Source: an uncultured bacterium
GTDB taxonomy: Bacteria > JAJVIF01 > JAPKYR01
Direction of reading: 5' to 3'
Assembly: GCA_965369865.1 (NCBI GenBank)
Contig: CBDURU010000005.1
Span: 1-62,187, forward strand
DNA: 62,187 nucleotides
Of the stretch, positions 7,893 to 17,455 are shown piece after piece. The notes beneath the pieces are model-generated. The model searched no databases and was not told where the DNA came from. It was given only the letters and a program-made list of their open reading frames with translations. The position numbers were made by a program, and so were the translations under genes. Positions within the stretch are counted from its first letter, which is position 1. Each line of letters begins with the position of its first letter.

Positions 7893-10214
7893 CTACACCA
7901 ACGGATATCTTCTCTCAAACACAGGAAACTTCCTCGATAGCATCGCCTTCAATCCCACCATCGCATCCGGGTGTTTAAACGTCTCCACCAGATGTTGATT
8001 CAATTCGTACGCCGCGGATTCCTCGAGGTCGACACCCTTTAAATAATCATCGAAGCCCTTGCTGATGAGCCAGTTCGCTACCCATACCGCGTTCGGGGAA
8101 TTGGACGCGGCGCGGTTCGCGATACGTATCACCTGTTCCCTCCACGGCGATGTGTGGAACACCGTAGCCTCCCTCCTGCCGTACGAGTAGAGTGCGGGGA
8201 TAACGTCCTGCTTTAAAAAGAGCTGCTTCATGTAGTGAATTTCGTCCCTGTCGTCCTGAGTTAATTCGAGCGGGATCTCCTCGATTCCCAGCGCGTCGAT
8301 CTGTTCGCGTGTCAGAACCTTGCCATTGTTTTCGGTGATCGCTTTGCATAACCGGACCGCGACTTCATCCCTTTTGTTCGACGGCACCACAAGATCGGCA
8401 AGTCCGAAATGACGAAGCAGCCGTGGCGATGATGTAGTTGTGCCGCCCGCGAGGACGTAATAACGCGCCATAGCGAGCGCGAGTTCGGCGTCGCCGGTTT
8501 TCCGGTGGATGATCCTCGACAACATCAGTGTGCCGCGAAGTCCGGGGTAGATTCCAAGGCGGGTTTCGGGAAGCGCGAATGTCGTGCGGTTTGTCGCGAT
8601 AACAATCGTATCCGGGTCCCACGCGAACGCCATCGCCGTTTCGACCCCGCCGCCGAACGCCTGACCGTCGATAATCGCGATTTTCGGCTTGCCCGATCCG
8701 GTCATCTTGTGGAACATGACATCCTGCCATCGCTCGGTGCCTTTTTTGATCGCCTCGAAATTCCCCGCTTCCATATTTTCGACAAATTTCGGGACGTTCG
8801 CGCCGGCAATGAAAGTCTTGATTGGCGCTGTATCGAAAACGATTGTTGAAACATTTTCATCCGCGTTTGCTTTTTCGAATGCCGCTTCGAGACGGTCGAA
8901 CACATCGTCATCGAGAGCGTTTGCTGTCGTTGGAGAGTTCAACGTGATCCATGCGAGTTTCGTGTCCGGACATGCTTCATATTCGACCGGATTCGGATCC
9001 ATGTCGAGATTCGTCCCGGCGTCGGCCAGTGCCTTGAGGTTTTTGGGGATCGGGAAATGATATCCCTGTTTTTCAGCAAGTGCCGCGCGTTCTTCGACCA
9101 TTCGCCATGCTTCTTTGATTCCGACATCGTTGAAGAACGAAAATGGTCCCTGCCTCCAGAGGAACGCGTTTTTCGCAAGTATCTCGAAATCTTCGGGAGT
9201 GATAACACCGGCGTCGACAATCTCAAACGCGGTCGCGAATGCCACAGCAAGGAACCGCTCTTTTAATTTCGCGACAGTTTCCTTCTTACCCGTTCCCTTG
9301 CCGGGGCCGTCAGCGGGAAGCCATCGAACGCTCGATGGATCGTCGGCTTTCATTTGCTTTTCGACAAGCGCGCGAAAACTTCCGGTAGGTACAAAGAAAT
9401 TTTTATAGACCCGGTATAGCGGATCGGAGGGATTTAAGTCATCGGCGAATGAATCCATCGCGTAAAGGCCGATCGCCAGGCCGGTTACGTCCATGAGTCC
9501 AAGGAAACCCATCGGGAGCTTAAACGCGGCGCCTCCAGCTTTTTCAATGTCACCCTTATCAAAGCCCTCATCGACCATCCGGCACGCTTCGAGAAGCAGC
9601 GCGACGAAAAGCACATCCGCTGCGCCGCCTTTTCTGCTGGATGTGATGGGTGTCGAAACTTTCCCGCCCATTTTCATGTAATACATCGCCTTACGGATTG
9701 TTTCTTCGGATGCGGTATCGGTTCCGGCAACCTCACCGCCACGGTTTTTATGGGGTAGGTAGAAATAGTGCATCCATGCGACCTTGTCTTTTCGGTTAAC
9801 CGCTTCGGACAGGATGTTCGTGTTGAGTGAGGATGAATTGGTGGCGAGGATTACCTCGGGAGCGCAGAGATTATCGAGCTGCTGGAAGATTTTCGTTTTT
9901 ATATCGAGACGTTCGGTAGCGGATTCGATCGCTATTTTTAGATTCTTTCCACCGCAGGCGGTCGGATAATCGGTAGTGGTGAGGATTCGTTCCTGGATCG
10001 CGACGATTTCGTCATCGGAGAAAATTCGTCCACGCGCGGAGTCGAGTTCTTTAGCGATAGTTTTTCTGGCACGGATGAGGATGTCGTCGGAGATATCAAG
10101 GAGGCCGACGGTGAATCCGTTCTGGGCATAGGCCTGAGCGATACTGGAGCCCATCGTGCCGGCTCCGATTACGAGAATTTCGACATCGTTCCAGGTGTAT
10201 TTTTTATCAGTCAT
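7893..10214 (-). CDS. 3-hydroxyacyl-CoA dehydrogenase / enoyl-CoA hydratase fusion (dehydrogenase N-terminal)
   Basis: GAGTMG Rossmann motif, ESATERLDIK, LATNSSSL; crotonase half with TFIAGANV, AFGGGVE, FALPETRLGIYPG. Confidence 0.88.
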   Translation of the reverse strand: MTDKKYTWNDVEILVIGAGTMGSSIAQAYAQNGFTVGLLDISDDILIRARKTIAKELDSARGRIFSDDEIVAIQERILTTTDYPTACGGKNLKIAIESATERLDIKTKIFQQLDNLCAPEVILATNSSSLNTNILSEAVNRKDKVAWMHYFYLPHKNRGGEVAGTDTASEETIRKAMYYMKMGGKVSTPITSSRKGGAADVLFVALLLEACRMVDEGFDKGDIEKAGGAAFKLPMGFLGLMDVTGLAIGLYAMDSFADDLNPSDPLYRVYKNFFVPTGSFRALVEKQMKADDPSSVRWLPADGPGKGTGKKETVAKLKERFLAVAFATAFEIVDAGVITPEDFEILAKNAFLWRQGPFSFFNDVGIKEAWRMVEERAALAEKQGYHFPIPKNLKALADAGTNLDMDPNPVEYEACPDTKLAWITLNSPTTANALDDDVFDRLEAAFEKANADENVSTIVFDTAPIKTFIAGANVPKFVENMEAGNFEAIKKGTERWQDVMFHKMTGSGKPKIAIIDGQAFGGGVETAMAFAWDPDTIVIATNRTTFALPETRLGIYPGLRGTLMLSRIIHRKTGDAELALAMARYYVLAGGTTTSSPRLLRHFGLADLVVPSNKRDEVAVRLCKAITENNGKVLTREQIDALGIEEIPLELTQDDRDEIHYMKQLFLKQDVIPALYSYGRREATVFHTSPWREQVIRIANRAASNSPNAVWVANWLISKGFDDYLKGVDLEESAAYELNQHLVETFKHPDAMVGLKAMLSRKFPVFERRYPLV

Positions 10215-10236
10215 TTTTTAGTGTCCTTATTTATTA

Positions 10237-10264
10237 ATGGAGGCAGGCGGGACGCCTGCGTTAC
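10237..10264 (-). repeat. Single REP-like palindrome (family shared with 53507-53534)
   Basis: Minus strand GTAACGCAGGCGTCCCGCCTGCCTCCAT versus GTAGCGCATGCGTCCCGCCTGCCTCCAT (26/28). Confidence 0.75.
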
Positions 10265-10271
10265 GTTTTTT

Positions 10272-11531
10272 TTAATCCTCTACTTTGTCCAGGTAACTTT
10301 TCAGTATCAATGCTCCACCCTGTCCGCCGCCGATGCAGGCGGATGAAATTCCCATCCCGCCCTGATATATAAGCGCCATTGTCAGCCTGACCGCCGTCGC
10401 TCCAAGTGGATGGCCAAGCGCGATAGCGCCGCCCCACTTGTTGACTTTCTTCCGGTCAATTTCAAGCACTTTCTCAACCGCCATATATTGTGCGCCGAAA
10501 GCCTCGTTGATCTCGATGTTGTCGATGTCATCAAGCGTCATGCCGGCACGATCAAGCGCCATTCTGATAGCCGGTACAGGACCGATCCCCATGTATGCTG
10601 GATCGACACCGCATGCTGCCCACGAAATAAATTCAGCGATCGGTGTCAGGCCGAGCTCCTTAGCGTAATCTTCGGTTGTCAGGATCATCGCCGCGCCGGC
10701 ATCGACAATACCGCTGCAATTTGCCGCGGTTGTTACACCGTTAGGTTTTACAGGGATCATCCTTGAAAGTACTTCCATTGTAGTCCCAGGACGCATGAGG
10801 TTGTCATGCTCGACAAGTTTTACACCGCGACGTGTTGGAAGTTCGACCTGGGTGATTTCGCGTCCGAGATTGCCGTTATCGCGAGCCTTTCCGGCTTTAT
10901 GCTGACTTTCGTAAGCCAGTTGGTCGATGTCCTCACGCTTAATATCGTAATACCGCGCCAGGTTTTCCGCTGTGTCCATCATGTCGATATTAGTGTAGGT
11001 ATCTTTTAAACCGTCCATGAAGAGGAAATGTGCGTGGGGACCACCCATGTAGGGAAATCCGTACGCGGCTCCGTAGATGACATACGGTGACTGCGACGTA
11101 CTTTCATAGCCCCCCGCCAGGACCATTTTTGAATCGCCTGTAATTAATTCTTTTGCAGCAAGGGTAAGCGATTCTCCACCAGACCAGCAGATTCGATTGA
11201 CGGTAAAGGCGCGACTCGACCACGGAATTCCCGCTTTCAGTCCGACATGACGTGCGCCATAATGTGAATCGAGCGACGTGTGCTGGGCGTTACCCATAAT
11301 CACCTGGTCGATTAATTCGGTGCGGTTCTCAAGTCCCGCCTGTTTAATAGCGCCTTTAGCAGCGAAAACACCGAGATCGATTGGATTGACGTCCTTAAAA
11401 TCTGTACCAACCGCCGTAAATGGGGTCCTTGTGGCCGAGATTACGACCACTTTCACCCCCAATTTTTTCATTAAATCGACGGCACCACCGCCAACTGGTG
11501 GTTTATCGTCGTAAATCGGTATCCGGTCCAT
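10272..11531 (-). CDS. Acetyl-CoA acyltransferase (thiolase)
   Basis: TVNRICWSG (Cys), EINEAF, GAIALGHPLGA (His), ACIGGGQG (Cys). Confidence 0.95.
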   Translation of the reverse strand: MDRIPIYDDKPPVGGGAVDLMKKLGVKVVVISATRTPFTAVGTDFKDVNPIDLGVFAAKGAIKQAGLENRTELIDQVIMGNAQHTSLDSHYGARHVGLKAGIPWSSRAFTVNRICWSGGESLTLAAKELITGDSKMVLAGGYESTSQSPYVIYGAAYGFPYMGGPHAHFLFMDGLKDTYTNIDMMDTAENLARYYDIKREDIDQLAYESQHKAGKARDNGNLGREITQVELPTRRGVKLVEHDNLMRPGTTMEVLSRMIPVKPNGVTTAANCSGIVDAGAAMILTTEDYAKELGLTPIAEFISWAACGVDPAYMGIGPVPAIRMALDRAGMTLDDIDNIEINEAFGAQYMAVEKVLEIDRKKVNKWGGAIALGHPLGATAVRLTMALIYQGGMGISSACIGGGQGGALILKSYLDKVED

Positions 11532-11962
11532 GGAACCATCCTCGCTTGCCGCCCCAAAAATCCTTAAGAAATGATAAAGTGCCCGCGTAACGTATCATTT
11601 CGGGTAGACAGTGTCAAGCATGTCAAAATCCCTTTTCTGGTCTGTGATAGAGGTTTTGAAATGGGTTTAGTTCCAGAAAGCTCGCATGTATTCACATATT
11701 CGCATATATTTTCACAAACCTATAATTCAGGATTATAAATTTACCCGGCGGAAATTTGATTTATTAAAAATCAGGACGTGGAGGTTCTTTACACTACTGG
11801 TACAATATGTTAAGTTAGCTACAGTTCCGATATATAAACATTTATTTACCTGATGCATTGGATCGTGTAAGAAGTAACCAGAGCATCCGGTATGTTGTAA
11901 GGATGTTTATTATTTCTGAACTTGCAGCGTATTTCTGATTATTACCAAATGGAGCAAGTTAC

Positions 11963-12892
11963 ATGGATTTCAATCGTCGTGATTTTTTAAAGGTGCTGGG
12001 GGGAACGGCAGTGGGGGTTCTGACAACGAGTGGGGAGGTACTGGCTGTTGATGAAGGTGCCGACCATTCGGGACATTCAATATATGGCCTTTTAAATGAT
12101 GGCACCAAGTGTATAGGATGTCACAGTTGTGAGGTCGCGTGCAGAGAGTATAACAATCTTCCCGATCCGGAAACCGGTCCGGACGGAGAGATCATTTACC
12201 CAACAGAATTAAACAATGATATTTATACCCGGATCGAGTCAAGGACAATTCAATCCCCGGAATCTCCAGACACTGATCTCCAGACATTTCGAAGACACAT
12301 GTGCAATCATTGCGAGGACCCTTCATGCGCATCGGCATGTCCAGTCGGGGCACTAATAAAATCTCCGGAAGGTCCTGTATATTACAAACCGGAAAGGTGT
12401 ATTGGCTGCAGGTATTGCGTTCTGGCATGCCCATTTTCCATACCCAAGTATGACTGGGAAACCTGGAAGCCTTTCGTTCATAAGTGCACAATGTGCTATG
12501 ATAAAGTCAAAAATGGCGAACCGACATCCTGTGCTTCGGCATGTCCGGTTGGAGCCATCAAGTTTGGCCTGAGGGACGATCTTATTGGCGAGGCATACGC
12601 GCGTATGATGCAGGAACCTGAAAGGTATCAGAAGCACATTTACGGCGAAAATGAAATCGGCGGTTTGAGTGTTCTGACCCTTTCGACAAGTGCTATTCCC
12701 CTTGACGAATTCGGGTTCAGAACCGACCTGGGAACTGAAAGCTTCCCGATGCTTTCATGGTCCGCACTATCAAGAGTGCCCGGGATATCGATCTATGTGG
12801 CCGTATGGCTGACACTTGTTTATTTCATCACTCACCGGAGAATGCCTGAAGAAATCGGTCAGGATAAAACTTCCGATCAAACACTGGATTGA
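11963..12892 (+). CDS. Tat-exported 4x[4Fe-4S] electron-transfer subunit (HybA/HmcB/NrfC-like)
   Basis: NRRDFLK twin-arginine signal; CIGCHSCEVAC, CNHCEDPSCASACP, CIGCRYCVLACP, CTMC...CASACP; C-terminal TM anchor. Confidence 0.9.
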   Translation: MDFNRRDFLKVLGGTAVGVLTTSGEVLAVDEGADHSGHSIYGLLNDGTKCIGCHSCEVACREYNNLPDPETGPDGEIIYPTELNNDIYTRIESRTIQSPESPDTDLQTFRRHMCNHCEDPSCASACPVGALIKSPEGPVYYKPERCIGCRYCVLACPFSIPKYDWETWKPFVHKCTMCYDKVKNGEPTSCASACPVGAIKFGLRDDLIGEAYARMMQEPERYQKHIYGENEIGGLSVLTLSTSAIPLDEFGFRTDLGTESFPMLSWSALSRVPGISIYVAVWLTLVYFITHRRMPEEIGQDKTSDQTLD

Positions 12893-14064
12893 CCAGCGAG
12901 GAACTAATGATGCTCAAGGCTTTACTAAAGGCTTTATTTAAACCTACACCGTGGAATTTTGTGGGTCTGTTTATCGTAATTGCCGGATTGGTAGTCGCAT
13001 TATACAGATTTATCTACGGACTCGGTTCTGTCACCAATCTAAGCGACACGTATCCATGGGGAATCTGGATTGCATTTGATGTCATGACTGGCGTCGCGTT
13101 AGCCGCTGGAGGATTCCTGATAGCGGGAACCGTCCATATATTTAATCTGAAAGCTTTCAAGCCGATCCTTCGACCGGCGGTATTGACAGCATTCCTTGGA
13201 TACTTCCTGGTAATCGTCGGAATACTTATGGACATTGGCTTACCCTGGCGTATTTACCATCCACTGATTTTCCCGCAGGTTCATTCGGCAATGCTTGAAG
13301 TAGCTTTATGCGTCATGGCGTACTTTATCGTTCTGTTTTTTGAATTTCTTCCTGCAATTTTTCAGCGTTTTAAGTTAAAGGTGGCATACGGTGTAATTCA
13401 TGGCTTTACAGTGCCGTTGGTGGTTACGGGCGTGGTGCTATCCTGCCTTCATCAATCATCCCTTGGATCCCTTCTCCTTTTGACCAAGGAACAGCTTTCA
13501 CCCCTTTGGTATTCACCCAGCCTGCCTTTCAACTTCTTCCTTCAGGCAATTGCAATTGGATTAGCAATGGTTATTTTTGAATGTAATATGAGTTCAAGGA
13601 TGTTTGGACTGCCTTTAGAAAATAAGATTCTAACCAGCCTCGCCAAGGCATTGTCCATAATTCTTGGTCTGTATTTTGTCTGGAAGCTTATCGATATGAC
13701 CTACAATGGAAGCTGGGCAGCTCTTAATCGTTCCAGTTTCGAAACGTCGTGGTTCGCAGTTGAGTGGGTGGTCGGCGTAATTATCCCGTTTCTTATCATG
13801 GCCGGGCCGCTTCGGGCCAACCCGACTGCCAGGTTCTGGGGAGCATGTTTGGTCGTGTTCGGAATTATATTGGCAAGAATTAACGCATCGCTTACTGGTA
13901 TGTCAGTCAGCATGGGTAGTATTTATATGCCATCGTGGCAGGAAGTGTTGATATCCGCGGCAATTATCAGTGCCGGACTCCTTATCTTCCAGGCGATAGT
14001 ACGTAACCTGCCAATCATGGAGCCTGACGTGAAGGAAACTGAAATTGAAATGGCCAGTTCGTAA
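12889..14064 (+). CDS. NrfD/PsrC-family integral membrane quinone-interacting subunit (HybB/HmcC-like)
   Basis: GLGSVTNLSDTYPWGIWIAFDVMTGVALAAGGF, DIGLPWR, LHQSSLGSL, about 10 TM. Start may be the ATG at 12907. Confidence 0.9.
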   Translation: MTSEELMMLKALLKALFKPTPWNFVGLFIVIAGLVVALYRFIYGLGSVTNLSDTYPWGIWIAFDVMTGVALAAGGFLIAGTVHIFNLKAFKPILRPAVLTAFLGYFLVIVGILMDIGLPWRIYHPLIFPQVHSAMLEVALCVMAYFIVLFFEFLPAIFQRFKLKVAYGVIHGFTVPLVVTGVVLSCLHQSSLGSLLLLTKEQLSPLWYSPSLPFNFFLQAIAIGLAMVIFECNMSSRMFGLPLENKILTSLAKALSIILGLYFVWKLIDMTYNGSWAALNRSSFETSWFAVEWVVGVIIPFLIMAGPLRANPTARFWGACLVVFGIILARINASLTGMSVSMGSIYMPSWQEVLISAAIISAGLLIFQAIVRNLPIMEPDVKETEIEMASS

Positions 14065-14088
14065 TACGAATAATTAAACTGGAATTAA

Positions 14089-14233
14089 GACCAATCCCAC
14101 TTAACAGGTATTTTTTGCTAACTGTATTTCCGGAGTTCTCATGGTGGCCCCTCGTAAAATCGGCCTGAGCGCCAGCGAAGGCAGGTTTTAGGAGGGTCTG
14201 ATACGAATCGATATTTAATTAATGGGATTGGTC
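14089..14233. mobile_element. MITE (145 bp) of the GACCAAT-end family, copy B
   Basis: Perfect 11-bp TIR GACCAATCCCA / TGGGATTGGTC, flanked by TAA and TAA. Near-identical copy at 61258-61402. Contains a GGTGGCCCCTC..GAGGGT hairpin. Confidence 0.85.
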
Positions 14234-16353
14234 TAAGTCCCTGATCTTATCCACTCGATAACCATTTGCAGAGCATCGTCGGCCAGCAGGGCAGGATGGT
14301 TTCCTGACTCCATTAAAACAACAAGTGAGCTGCTATCAGGATCACCGGGAATAATCGACCCCGATTCCATCGCGGTTTCAAACGTGGACAGGTCGAGCCC
14401 TCCAAGGGCATTCGACCCATGGCATGTTAAGCATCCAGCTTCAAAAATCGTCGCGATGTTGTCATCCCATGCCTGGGCCATATCCATGGTTTCCCGCGCA
14501 TCCGCCTCGCTGGTTGAAACAATGTCAGGGGTAGAATCAAACAATGCACCATCCTCAATCCACGCTCGCACAGTAATGATATCCTGATCAGAAAGCAAAA
14601 CAGGATGGCTTCCGGATTCCATTATTATGATAAGTGAACTGTTATCGGGATCACCGGCTGTTATCGAACCCGAATCCATAGTTGATTCGTATGTGCTTAA
14701 ATCAACGCCACCCATGGCGTTCGTTCCATGGCATCCGGTGCACGAGGGTTCGAAAATGGCTTTAATATCGTTCTCCCATGTAACTAATAAAACTGTTTCC
14801 AATTCGGGCATAACCGGCTCAATGACATCGAATTCCATACTTGAAGCCAGTTCTGTCTCACGAAATTCCCGTGCAGCATTCTCCAGTGTCATCCCGGATG
14901 GTGCACCATTCAAAATCCACTCATGTACTGCCATAAACTCGGAGCTGGAAAATTGGCCCGGGTGTCCCCCGGCTCCAATTTTAATAAGGATCTGGCTCTC
15001 GTCGGGAGAGGAAAGTCTTATTACGCCTGAATCCATTGTTGAGTAATATGTTCTCAAATCCAGATCATGAAAAGCGCTTACCCCGTGGCATTCCATACAT
15101 TTGGCTTTAAGGATTGCCTTTATGTCGCTGGACCAGGTCATCATGGAAAATTGTCTGATCTGTTCCGGTGTCAGGTTACGCTCTCTTGGCGCACCGTTTG
15201 AAATCCAGTCATGGACGATAGCTACTACCCTGTCGGTTATTCGGTCGGCATGGTTATCATCACGCAAAATAGCCAGGATTGAGCTTTCATCTGGCGCGCC
15301 GGGACTTATCAGGCCTGAATTCATAACGGAATCGTAATCCCGGAGGTTAATTCTCCCATCCACAGTATTTTCATGGCACCTTACACAGTTGGTCAGGAAG
15401 AGACTGGAAAGACACGTTTTCCAGGTGTAAGTGAAGGTTACGGAAGCAAGCTCAGGCTGGGAGGTTAAAGGCTGCACAGGCTCAGTTGGCCGGTTCTCAT
15501 ACGGAGTACTTGTTTCCACAGGAGTGTAAATTGTTACGTTTTCCGATGGTATTACTGTCAGAATAGAGGTCCCTTCAAAGTTCACGAAATAGAATACACA
15601 CGCTAGAAATACACCGCAGATGAATAGATATTGTGGAAGGAAAGTATGCCACCATTTAGCAATGAGTGACTTGTCAACAGGATAGACTGGCAATCCGTTT
15701 TTTAAGTCAATCGATTCAAGAGGATGCCCGGATCCTGCTGCATCCGGAGAGGATGAGGAAGCGGTAATTATCGCGTTCAGGCGTTTCATCAGGAAGAAAT
15801 AAAAATGCCAGACGAGCATTGCCAGGACGGCGAGTATAGCTTCGGCACCGTGGGCGACTTTTGCCATGGGTATGATAACTCCGGGCAACAGCCTGGTGGT
15901 TGCTATCGGGTTCAGCATGAAAAAACCCGTCAGAACCATTATGAGCGATCCCCATGTTAATCCCCAGAAAATTGATTTTTCAGAGAAGCTGTATCTGCTC
16001 TCCGATGATTTATCGGGAGAAATCCCAAAGTTGTATTTTAATGCCTGGGTAATGTTCTTAAAGTCACGGGCAACAGGTGTGATCGTAAACGGGTTTTTCC
16101 TTATGTATGCCTTGTAATGCGCGGTCCCGATATAAAACAGGATTTCAAGTATGAAAATGAAAGCGCAGATGTGGTGAACTATCCTCATCGTTTCAATACC
16201 CCCGAAGGACTGTATAATCCATTCGGAGAACGCGGCCTGTGAATACATTTGAGAGAGCCCCGTAATTGCGAGAAGCAGGAAATTTATAGCGAGAATCCAG
16301 TGCTCAATCCTATCCGTTAAAGAAAACCTGATGAACATTATCGATCGGTACAT
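14233..16353 (-). CDS. FdnI/HydC-type di-heme cytochrome b fused to four monoheme cytochrome c domains (planctomycete cytochrome c-like)
   Basis: TM His pattern RIEHW, RIVHH, VAHGAE...VWHFY; four repeats of W..I..IF...CxxCH..LDL.TY....SG.I.PG.PD.S...H.....WI..G with CVRCH, CMECH, CTGCH, CLTCH. Confidence 0.85.
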   Translation of the reverse strand: MYRSIMFIRFSLTDRIEHWILAINFLLLAITGLSQMYSQAAFSEWIIQSFGGIETMRIVHHICAFIFILEILFYIGTAHYKAYIRKNPFTITPVARDFKNITQALKYNFGISPDKSSESRYSFSEKSIFWGLTWGSLIMVLTGFFMLNPIATTRLLPGVIIPMAKVAHGAEAILAVLAMLVWHFYFFLMKRLNAIITASSSSPDAAGSGHPLESIDLKNGLPVYPVDKSLIAKWWHTFLPQYLFICGVFLACVFYFVNFEGTSILTVIPSENVTIYTPVETSTPYENRPTEPVQPLTSQPELASVTFTYTWKTCLSSLFLTNCVRCHENTVDGRINLRDYDSVMNSGLISPGAPDESSILAILRDDNHADRITDRVVAIVHDWISNGAPRERNLTPEQIRQFSMMTWSSDIKAILKAKCMECHGVSAFHDLDLRTYYSTMDSGVIRLSSPDESQILIKIGAGGHPGQFSSSEFMAVHEWILNGAPSGMTLENAAREFRETELASSMEFDVIEPVMPELETVLLVTWENDIKAIFEPSCTGCHGTNAMGGVDLSTYESTMDSGSITAGDPDNSSLIIIMESGSHPVLLSDQDIITVRAWIEDGALFDSTPDIVSTSEADARETMDMAQAWDDNIATIFEAGCLTCHGSNALGGLDLSTFETAMESGSIIPGDPDSSSLVVLMESGNHPALLADDALQMVIEWIRSGT

Positions 16354-16354
16354 A

Positions 16355-17455
16355 TCATCGCCCCCTTTTGAAATCGATCAACTGGCGAACATAATCTGAA
16401 ATTGCCAGGACAAGCGATCCACCGATTAGTACCGGTATTAAAATCCAGTAAATCAACTTGACATAAAAAACCGGGCGTAATTGACCGGGGCCCGGGTTGT
16501 AATGTCCCAACCAGGAATCAGGGAAGTTAGTGGTTGCCTCCGGATGGCATTTCCTGCAGGTTTCGAGAAGGTTCGCTTTCATCACCTGGCTGCTCGAATC
16601 ATCGGGTGAAAGCATGTCATGGACCCCATGGCAATCTATGCAAACCGGTTTGTTGGTTTCCTGGTCAGGGGCGATATCCTGGAACAATACAATTGTTTTA
16701 CCGTGGAAGTCGGCGACGTAAGTATCAAAGACATTCGGGTTGATCCCGTAACGGGCCATCATCTCACGGTCGGCATGGCAGTTGGCACAAATCTGCGGGG
16801 AGAACAGGTGAAACGGGTAGTTCGATGGACCGATTATCTCGTGTGCTCCATGGCAATCGGTGCAGGTAGCGACATCCGGGTTGCCTTCGCCTATCAAGGC
16901 GGCTCCATGGACACTATTTTCATACAGCTCGTTGATTTCCGAATGGCACTTGCCGCATGTCCTTGAAATAAAACTCAAAGCCTCTCCAGCGATTTCAATG
17001 TAGTGATTCCCATGGCAGTCCGTGCAAACAGCCACGGCAGGATTACCTTCAGCCAATGCCATCATATGTACGTTTCTATCGATCTCGTGAATCTGGTCCT
17101 CATGGCAGGTCATACACATCGGGTAATGGCTGATTGAGTAATCCCTGTAAGTTAATTCACCCCGCTCTTCGTGCGGGTAACCGGTAGTACCGGTATGGCA
17201 GAGTGTACAGGTAAATCCCTGTTGGCCATGGGCCGACTGGTCGTACGCAGCCTTATCCACGTAAAGACTGATTAATTCGCCGGACGGGAATTCCATTTCC
17301 AGATTTGGATTTGAGTGGCAGACAAAGCACGAATCGTTGCCTTCCAGTCCTTCAGCGTTTACAGACTGGTTTAAAAAAGTGGATATTAGTAAGAAAGTTA
17401 AGAGAATAATAATAGATTGAAAACAGAAGTACTTAACGGTCATATACAATTTCAT
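16355..17455 (-). CDS. Nine-heme cytochrome c with signal peptide and C-terminal membrane anchor
   Basis: Nine CxxCH motifs: CFVCH, CTLCH, CMTCH, CTDCH, CGKCH, CTDCH, CANCH, CIDCH, CRKCH. Confidence 0.92.
   Translation of the reverse strand: MKLYMTVKYFCFQSIIILLTFLLISTFLNQSVNAEGLEGNDSCFVCHSNPNLEMEFPSGELISLYVDKAAYDQSAHGQQGFTCTLCHTGTTGYPHEERGELTYRDYSISHYPMCMTCHEDQIHEIDRNVHMMALAEGNPAVAVCTDCHGNHYIEIAGEALSFISRTCGKCHSEINELYENSVHGAALIGEGNPDVATCTDCHGAHEIIGPSNYPFHLFSPQICANCHADREMMARYGINPNVFDTYVADFHGKTIVLFQDIAPDQETNKPVCIDCHGVHDMLSPDDSSSQVMKANLLETCRKCHPEATTNFPDSWLGHYNPGPGQLRPVFYVKLIYWILIPVLIGGSLVLAISDYVRQLIDFKRGR

Noticed and set aside
11682-11717. Rex operator upstream of the hybA-like gene
   Set aside because: Only the TTCACAA half-site matches; the other half is too degenerate to call.
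11963-14064. Hydrogenase-2 operon
   Set aside because: No [NiFe] large or small subunit or maturation genes flank the pair.
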